Source: Bacteroidota bacterium (GTDB lineage: Bacteria > Bacteroidota > Bacteroidia > UKL13-3). Taken from it: a stretch of DNA of 64,000 bases. Below, in pieces: positions 58,090-64,000 of this stretch (position 1 is the stretch's first letter; the number at the start of each line of letters is the position of its first letter). The DNA is taken from contig CANLPK010000005.1 of assembly GCA_947492885.1 (NCBI GenBank), positions 41-64,040 on the forward strand, written 5' to 3'. Position numbers and translations under genes: made by a program. Under the pieces are notes generated by a model. That model was not told the DNA's origin and made no database searches. It saw nothing but the letters and a program-made list of their open reading frames with translations.

Positions 58090-59316
58090 ATGTTTGAAAA
58101 ACTTCCACCAGCTCATGTTTTATTCATTGCTAAAACCAATGACGCATCGGGTGAGATGAGTGCCGTAACCGTGGCGGAATTTGTTGAAATGACTGCAGTA
58201 TGCACACCTCCAACGCAAGTGCTGATGTTGCCTGTGATGAATTCAAATATCTTCTCTTTGGCACAACTTTTCAAATTGCTTCAATACAAAAATCCCATAC
58301 TGCTTTGTTCGCAAGAGCAAGTAAATGATGCCGAAGAAATTATTGAGAACGCTCCTTTGGATGCGCTACAAGACAAGCCAATGCTGGGTTTCTTTACCTC
58401 TGCTACAACGGGAAAATCCAGAGCGGTGTTTCATGATTTTACTTTATTCATGAAACGTTACCAGCGCACAGCACATCCCATCAAGAGTTTGTGTTTTTAT
58501 AAACCCGACCATATTGCCTTTATTGATGTGTTGCTAAGTACCATGGCTACAGGTGGTACGATGGTATTGCAGAATCATTTCAATCCGGAGCAAGCCATAC
58601 TCGATATTCAAAAACACGAGGTCACACACCTCTTCGCAAGTCCTTCGTTTCTGGCTCTCTTTTGTTTGCATTTGAATGATGATATCGCACTTCCATCACT
58701 GCAACAAATTGCGTATGGAAGTGAGTTGATGCCCGAGTATGTGATAGGTAAATTAAAAAAACAATTGCCACACGTGAAGCTCAAGGATGTATATGCCACT
58801 ACCCAAGGACTTCGCAGGAAGAAAATTCTTGATGCAACCAATGAAGAATTTTGCAGATGGGGTGAAGAGGGAATTGATTTTAAAATTGAGAATGATGAAT
58901 TGTTTTTGCATGCTCCCGAATCGTTGCAATACATCATCAAAGATAATAAAGTACTCAATGCCCCCGAATGGATTGCTACCGGCGACCTCGTAGAACGCAA
59001 TGCCAGCGGGTACTACAAGCTCATTGGTAGAAGTTCGGAACTCATTAATACAGGAGGGGAGAAGCTCTCACCTCGATTGATGGAAACTGCCTTGCGCGCT
59101 TTGCCTCAAATAAAAGACATTAAAATTTATGCAGAGAAGAGTTTGATTTTGGGAGAATTGGTATGTGCCGATGTGGTAAAAAGTGATGGCTATACCAATG
59201 ATGAGGTGAAGCAGTATATTCGTAATTATGCGAGAGAGAAATTAAGACCCATGGAAGTGCCAGTAAAAATTAATTTTGTAGAAGAAATAAAATTAACTCC
59301 ACGAATGAAGCGATGA
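58090..59316 (+). CDS. Short ANL-superfamily acyl-AMP ligase
   Basis: FFTSATTGKSRAV (A3-like motif), WIATGDLVERNASGYYKLIGRSSELINTGGEKLSP (A7/A8) and a terminal PRMKR. At 408 aa its N-terminal region is unusually short. Confidence 0.75.
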   Translation: MFEKLPPAHVLFIAKTNDASGEMSAVTVAEFVEMTAVCTPPTQVLMLPVMNSNIFSLAQLFKLLQYKNPILLCSQEQVNDAEEIIENAPLDALQDKPMLGFFTSATTGKSRAVFHDFTLFMKRYQRTAHPIKSLCFYKPDHIAFIDVLLSTMATGGTMVLQNHFNPEQAILDIQKHEVTHLFASPSFLALFCLHLNDDIALPSLQQIAYGSELMPEYVIGKLKKQLPHVKLKDVYATTQGLRRKKILDATNEEFCRWGEEGIDFKIENDELFLHAPESLQYIIKDNKVLNAPEWIATGDLVERNASGYYKLIGRSSELINTGGEKLSPRLMETALRALPQIKDIKIYAEKSLILGELVCADVVKSDGYTNDEVKQYIRNYAREKLRPMEVPVKINFVEEIKLTPRMKR

Positions 59317-59537
59317 ATATTGATGAATTAATTGCAGCGTTTAAAAATTTAATACAAACCAATGAAGTGGTAAGTGCCGATACGCCTTTGCAACAAATCA
59401 AAGCGTACGATTCATTATCAAAACTTATTTTAATGTCGTGGCTACATGAGGAATTTGCCATTAAAATTACGGCCCGCGAACTGGGCACCCTTAATAACCT
59501 AAACGATTTACTTAAACGTATTCAGCATGCTGCGTAA
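59313..59537 (+). CDS. Acyl carrier protein
   Basis: 74 aa. Y-D-S-L attachment motif at Ser34. The start overlaps the ligase stop by 4 nt. Confidence 0.8.
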   Translation: MNIDELIAAFKNLIQTNEVVSADTPLQQIKAYDSLSKLILMSWLHEEFAIKITARELGTLNNLNDLLKRIQHAA

Positions 59538-60093
59538 ACTCATCCGACGTATTTTAGGCATCAGCGATAAGCCGAGGATGTATTATCATGCCGCCTTCAA
59601 CGGCAGTAAAATTAGCTATAGCAGTACCACGCATTTTTATCATAAGGAAAATATGAAGATGGGGAATATGATTCATATCTGGCATTATACCATTATTGAT
59701 GGAACTGGCCCCTTAACCATTGGCGATGGCTGTCAGATTGGTGCATGGGTAGGTATCTTCACCCATAGCAGCCATCAAGCCATTCGATTGTATGGATATC
59801 ATTTTAATGAATTCACCGATCATCAGAAGAAAGCCTACCTCATAGAAGCAGTGAATATTGGGGCTTTCACAGCCATTGGTCCGCACTCGGTGATATTGCC
59901 AGGAGCCAGCATTGGTAAGGGATGTATATTAAAGCCACATACGATTATTCCAATGGGGGCTACCATCCCCGATTTCTCTATCGTTGAAGGAGAAGGGAAA
60001 ATTACTGGAGATACGCGTACCCTGGATAAATATTTTTTGGATACCGATCCAAATTTAAAAAAGTGGTATGAGGAGTGGATTGCGAAGAACTAA
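59527..60093 (+). CDS. Left-handed beta-helix (hexapeptide-repeat) acyltransferase
   Basis: Hexapeptide repeats IGDGCQIGAWVGIFT and VNIGAFTAIGPHSVILPGASIGKGCIL. Overlaps the ACP gene by 11 nt. Confidence 0.8.
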   Translation: MLRKLIRRILGISDKPRMYYHAAFNGSKISYSSTTHFYHKENMKMGNMIHIWHYTIIDGTGPLTIGDGCQIGAWVGIFTHSSHQAIRLYGYHFNEFTDHQKKAYLIEAVNIGAFTAIGPHSVILPGASIGKGCILKPHTIIPMGATIPDFSIVEGEGKITGDTRTLDKYFLDTDPNLKKWYEEWIAKN

Positions 60094-60789
60094 CTAGGAT
60101 TGGAGTAACATCTCCTTACCATCGTGTTCAATCCGTCCATCTTTAAGTCGAACAACACGCTTCGCAAATTTTGCAATATCTTCTTCGTGTGTAACTAAAA
60201 TAATGGTATTGCCTTTCGAATGTAAATCATCAAAAAGCTGCATGATTTCTAATGATGTTTTAGAGTCGAGATTCCCTGTAGGTTCATCCGCCAATAGGAT
60301 GGCTGGATTATTTACCAGTGCACGAGCTACGGCCACACGCTGCCTTTGTCCTCCCGAGAGTTCATTGGGCTTATGAGTCATCCGGTCGGCCAATCCTACA
60401 CCTGATAATGCCTTCTTTGATAATTCCTCACGCTGTGCTTTTTTGATACCTGCGTAAATCAATGGCAACGCTACATTATCGAGGGCAGTTTGGCGGGGCA
60501 TGAGGTTGAAGGTTTGAAATACAAATCCAATTTCTTTATTACGTATTTCGGCGAGCTCATTATCGGTCATGCCACTCACATCCTGATTGTTTAATATATA
60601 GGTTCCAGAGGTGGGAGAGTCGAGGCACCCAATCATATTCATGAGGGTACTTTTGCCCGAGCCTGAGGGGCCCATGAGCGCTACGTATTCGCCTTTCTCA
60701 ATAGTGAGGTCGATGCCTTTAAGCACCTGCAACACTTCTTTGCCCATCACATAATTTTTTGTGATTCCTTTTAAAGATATTAAAGACAT
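60094..60789 (-). CDS. ABC transporter ATP-binding protein (LolD/MacB/FtsE-type)
   Basis: Walker [10 protein letters not shown], signature LSGGQRQR, Walker B ILLADEPT. No permease gene adjacent. Confidence 0.9.
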   Translation of the reverse strand: MSLISLKGITKNYVMGKEVLQVLKGIDLTIEKGEYVALMGPSGSGKSTLMNMIGCLDSPTSGTYILNNQDVSGMTDNELAEIRNKEIGFVFQTFNLMPRQTALDNVALPLIYAGIKKAQREELSKKALSGVGLADRMTHKPNELSGGQRQRVAVARALVNNPAILLADEPTGNLDSKTSLEIMQLFDDLHSKGNTIILVTHEEDIAKFAKRVVRLKDGRIEHDGKEMLLQS

Positions 60790-60837
60790 AATAATATTGA
60801 GAATGACGAACGAGAAGAAATAGTCGAATTGATGGAA

Positions 60838-61863
60838 TTAATCAACCATCCAGGTTTCTTTTCCTTTGAGCAACTTATCCAAATCGCCTTTGCCTTTTAA
60901 CTGGGCTGCTTCAATTTGTGCAGTAACACCATCTTCGTAAGTAGGACGGTCTTCCATATAGAAGATACCAAACGGACGAGGTAAATGGTTTTCCATGCTT
61001 GGGCTATCAAAGAAACGAGTAAGGATAGTAGCTTTCACGCGATCGGTTTCATCATGAATCCAAAGGTCGTTGGCACTGGCACCTCCAGAGATATCAACTA
61101 CCACTGGTTTAAATCCATCCAAACGAATTCCTTTCTCACCATTATCACCAAAGATTAATGGTTTGCCGTGTTCCATCAATAATGTCTCTTGTTTCTTCGA
61201 ACCTTTCTCTGTGAAAATTTCGAAGGCACCATCATTAAACACATTACAGTTTTGATAGATTTCTACCATGCTTGTTCCTTTGTGTTCGTAGGCGCGTTTC
61301 AAAACGTATTGTAAGTGTTTTGGGTCGCGGTCCATACTACGTGCAACGAACGTGCTATCGGCTCCCATGCATAATGCTGCAGGGTTAAATGGATGATCCA
61401 CCGAACCCATGGGGCTCGATTTGGTTACTTTTCCTGCTTCAGATGTTGGAGAATATTGTCCTTTCGTCAAACCATAAATTTGGTTATTGAAAAGCATTAT
61501 ATTGATATCTAAATTACGACGGAGCAAGTGAATGAAGTGACCTGCACCAATACTTAGTGAATCGCCATCACCAGTAACCATCCATACGCTTAGGTCGGGA
61601 CGGCTAATTTTCAAGCCTGAAGCTACAGCGGTAGCTCTTCCGTGAATGGTATGCATTCCGTAGGTTTCCATATAGTATGGGAAACGTGACGAACACCCGA
61701 TTCCACTTACAAAAACGAACTCTTCTTTCGGGCGTCCGAAATCGGGAAGTACGGTTTGTACTTGCTTTAAAATACTATAATCACCGCATCCTGGGCACCA
61801 ACGCACCTCTTGATCGGTTACTAAATCTTTTGATGTAAAAAGTTTTTCTGCAACTTCAGCCAT
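60838..61863 (-). CDS. korB: 2-oxoacid:ferredoxin oxidoreductase beta subunit (TPP-binding)
   Basis: RWCPGCGDYSIL, GIGCSSR and TGDGDSLSIGAGHF (TPP GDG motif). Confidence 0.88.
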   Translation of the reverse strand: MAEVAEKLFTSKDLVTDQEVRWCPGCGDYSILKQVQTVLPDFGRPKEEFVFVSGIGCSSRFPYYMETYGMHTIHGRATAVASGLKISRPDLSVWMVTGDGDSLSIGAGHFIHLLRRNLDINIMLFNNQIYGLTKGQYSPTSEAGKVTKSSPMGSVDHPFNPAALCMGADSTFVARSMDRDPKHLQYVLKRAYEHKGTSMVEIYQNCNVFNDGAFEIFTEKGSKKQETLLMEHGKPLIFGDNGEKGIRLDGFKPVVVDISGGASANDLWIHDETDRVKATILTRFFDSPSMENHLPRPFGIFYMEDRPTYEDGVTAQIEAAQLKGKGDLDKLLKGKETWMVD

Positions 61864-61894
61864 GATTTAAAATTTATAAGGTATTGAAACTCCA

Positions 61895-61902
61895 CAAAAG
61901 TA
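61895..61902 (-). promoter_or_regulatory. Candidate -7 promoter box for korB
   Basis: The minus strand reads TACTTTTG, 32 nt upstream of the ATG at 61863. Confidence 0.45.
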
Positions 61903-61987
61903 AATAATTGTTGGTTAAGATTTAAAAGAAATTTATGATATTGATTAGCTAATTTTTAGAATGGATTTATAAGGCATCCATAGCTTG

Positions 61988-62590
61988 CTAATGTTGTCGT
62001 TCGAAGGTTTTAACCCCCGCTCTCACCGCCGTTTGCAGGGTGTTTTCTTCGGGTACCAAAGGGCAGCTCCAGTTATCGCTATAGGCGCAGTTGGGATTAT
62101 AAGTCAAGTTAAAATCGAGGTTAGCAGTATTGCCTACAGGCATTTCCATATCTAAATAACGCCCACCGCCGTAAGTCTCCATGCCGTTAGAGGCATCTTT
62201 GAAAGGAATGAAGAGCATATTGGTTTTTGATTCTTTTTCGGCAGTGAGGTAGATGGTAAGTTTGCACGAATCGTTGAGCAGTTTGAAATGTGCCACACCC
62301 CATACAATGAAAGGATACGTGCGGTTCAGCGTATGTTTCAGTTCGAGGTAGCGCACCGAATCATATTTCTCAATTCGGGCATTGACGCTGAAATTTTTAT
62401 CGATGGGGAAATACTCCAATCCTTTAAAGGCAGCGCGGTCGATATCATTGAGTGGAGAGGCTTTCTCATTGGAGAAGAGCGCATCAATATTGCTACGATG
62501 TTCTTCTACATTGGCCAAATAACTATCGGTAGTAAGTTTACAACCCCAGCAGCAAAGCAATAGTAAAAGGTATTTCAATGTTTGCTTCAT
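61988..62590 (-). CDS. DUF1684-domain protein
   Basis: Signal/lipoprotein-like N-terminus. YGGGRYL and NPNCAYSDNWSCPLVPEEN are typical DUF1684 segments. Confidence 0.72.
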   Translation of the reverse strand: MKQTLKYLLLLLCCWGCKLTTDSYLANVEEHRSNIDALFSNEKASPLNDIDRAAFKGLEYFPIDKNFSVNARIEKYDSVRYLELKHTLNRTYPFIVWGVAHFKLLNDSCKLTIYLTAEKESKTNMLFIPFKDASNGMETYGGGRYLDMEMPVGNTANLDFNLTYNPNCAYSDNWSCPLVPEENTLQTAVRAGVKTFERQH

Positions 62591-62605
62591 GCGGTTTCAA
62601 CGTGT

Positions 62606-63490
62606 TTAGAGGATTTTCTTTTCAGCACAATGCATTGCTTCAATGCGCGAACTGCTCTTATGCAAAACAGCTACGATATTACAATCGTTCACGTTCCATC
62701 CAGCAGGTAAATTGTATTTGAACACACGCACAATCACTTGCTTCGATTGGAGCGTGATGGTTGGGGAATTCAATCGCAATCCACTTTTCGGTGTAAGCCC
62801 TTCTCTGAAAATATGATTGTGTTCGTAATTTTGTATGGTATCTGTTGGTCCTTTTTGTGTGCCTAAGATGCCATTCTCGGTGATGCCTACCGTTAAGTAC
62901 ATGGTATCTGTTACATCTTGGGTACATTCCATTTTTACTACTGCTGTTACCTCTCTCGTACTTGAGTTGTAAGAATTGGTAATATCGAGATTCATGGGTG
63001 TAGGCAAGACCAATTCGGAATTTACATAGCCACTCCATTTTGAATAGGGGATGTATCTATACGATTCGCTGGTGAAAAATTTACGATTGATTGCTCCTTG
63101 AGGTAAAGCAGTAGGGTTACCTAGAAGCTGTGTGATGATATACTCGGCTGATGAATCTCTAAATTCGGGATATCCAAAACCTGAAGAAATTAATGGATCG
63201 GTGAATACCGGATTGCTAAACCCGTGTAGTGCCAAGATGACGATGCGTCCAGGATTGGCATTGCTGATGGCTTTGGCAGCATCATGCGATTGTGGGCAGT
63301 TCGGACAACGTACGCCTGTGATATCTTCCAAGAGCACATTGCGTTGTTGTGGAGTAGCTGCTACACTAGCGAAATAAGCAGTATCACCCTGTTGTGGTCC
63401 TTTGGTGGGGGTGAAGTCGATATATGGGCCGTCTTCCTTACAAGCGTTGAGCAGGGTTGCCATCACCAGGATGAACAAATATTTTTTCAT
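62606..63490 (-). CDS. Omp28-related outer-membrane lipoprotein (thioredoxin-like CxxC)
   Basis: Lipobox LLNAC. EDITGVRCPNCP motif. Confidence 0.6.
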   Translation of the reverse strand: MKKYLFILVMATLLNACKEDGPYIDFTPTKGPQQGDTAYFASVAATPQQRNVLLEDITGVRCPNCPQSHDAAKAISNANPGRIVILALHGFSNPVFTDPLISSGFGYPEFRDSSAEYIITQLLGNPTALPQGAINRKFFTSESYRYIPYSKWSGYVNSELVLPTPMNLDITNSYNSSTREVTAVVKMECTQDVTDTMYLTVGITENGILGTQKGPTDTIQNYEHNHIFREGLTPKSGLRLNSPTITLQSKQVIVRVFKYNLPAGWNVNDCNIVAVLHKSSSRIEAMHCAEKKIL

Positions 63491-63501
63491 GATAAATAAA
63501 T

Positions 63502-64000
63502 TTAGAAGGTACTTGATAAGGTTAGTTTAACACCATTAAAGGCAGGTTCATATCGGCAGATTCCACCATTACAATTGAAACCAGCAAGCTGTTTTACATA
63601 GGCCAAGGCAATACGTGAAGGTCCTTCGGTATAGGCTGCAAATAGGGTATAGTAATTAATTTTATCGGTGCCTGAGTTAGGAATTATATTAATCATATCG
63701 CCCGCCGAGAAGCTCCAGTGTGGTGCTACATTAAAATCGACAAGCACATTGACGAAGCTGCCCGAATCCTGCTTGGTACTTAGGTATTGCGCTTCAATAC
63801 GTAAGGAGCGTTTGGAGTCGATATCGTAATTTATTTCGGTGAATGGAGTGATGGTATATACATCTTTCGCTCCTGCTTCTCCTTGCAAAATCGATTGGTT
63901 GAACATTACCGATTGAATACCATAAAGCATTTTGAATTTATCATTGAACTGGTGTAGCCAGTCGAAATATAGTTCGTGAAACAACTCCACATTATTATAA
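63502..64000 (-). CDS. DUF6029-like outer-membrane beta-barrel protein; the 5' end lies beyond the window
   Basis: The frame is open to the window edge. The C-terminus GGICRYEPAFNGVKLTLSSTF ends in Phe, as in OM beta-barrels. The pairing with the Omp28-related gene is one I recall as conserved. Confidence 0.5.
   Translation of the reverse strand, partial: YNNVELFHELYFDWLHQFNDKFKMLYGIQSVMFNQSILQGEAGAKDVYTITPFTEINYDIDSKRSLRIEAQYLSTKQDSGSFVNVLVDFNVAPHWSFSAGDMINIIPNSGTDKINYYTLFAAYTEGPSRIALAYVKQLAGFNCNGGICRYEPAFNGVKLTLSSTF

Overview
This is a chromosomal segment from a diderm member of the Bacteroidota. Evidence for that placement: three proteins with T9SS (type IX secretion system) C-terminal sorting domains, TAnnTTTG-type -7 promoter boxes, KdsB, a TonB-dependent receptor, and DUF4270/DUF6029/Omp28-type proteins. 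The sequence looks AT-rich by eye. About 60 densely packed genes are present, mostly housekeeping: frr, kdsB, tdk, tsaC, cmk, thiL, pabB, aroB-aroA-aroC, pyrF, miaA, rnhB, fsa and korB. I found no rRNA, tRNA, CRISPR array, transposase or integrase.

Main observations:
1. A tightly coupled six-gene operon (12753-19871) combines all Dlt-type functions with a GNAT and two LysM domains. These functions are a DltA-like adenylase, a carrier protein, an MBOAT and SGNH/DltD-like proteins. This is my best candidate for an undescribed envelope (possibly peptidoglycan) aminoacylation system in a Gram-negative.
2. A second carrier-protein cassette (57387-60093) encodes an SDR, a short acyl-AMP ligase, an ACP and a hexapeptide acyltransferase.
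3. A Thermotoga-type DAHP synthase is cut by a single in-frame TGA exactly between its regulatory and catalytic domains.
4. Three 9-bp direct repeats with 12-bp spacers, the spacing known for LytTR binding sites, abut an orphan LytTR response-regulator gene.
5. Several genes lack their usual partners: korB without korA, paaA without paaBCDE, and the response regulator without a kinase.

All functional calls rest on motif and family recognition by eye. No database search was run.
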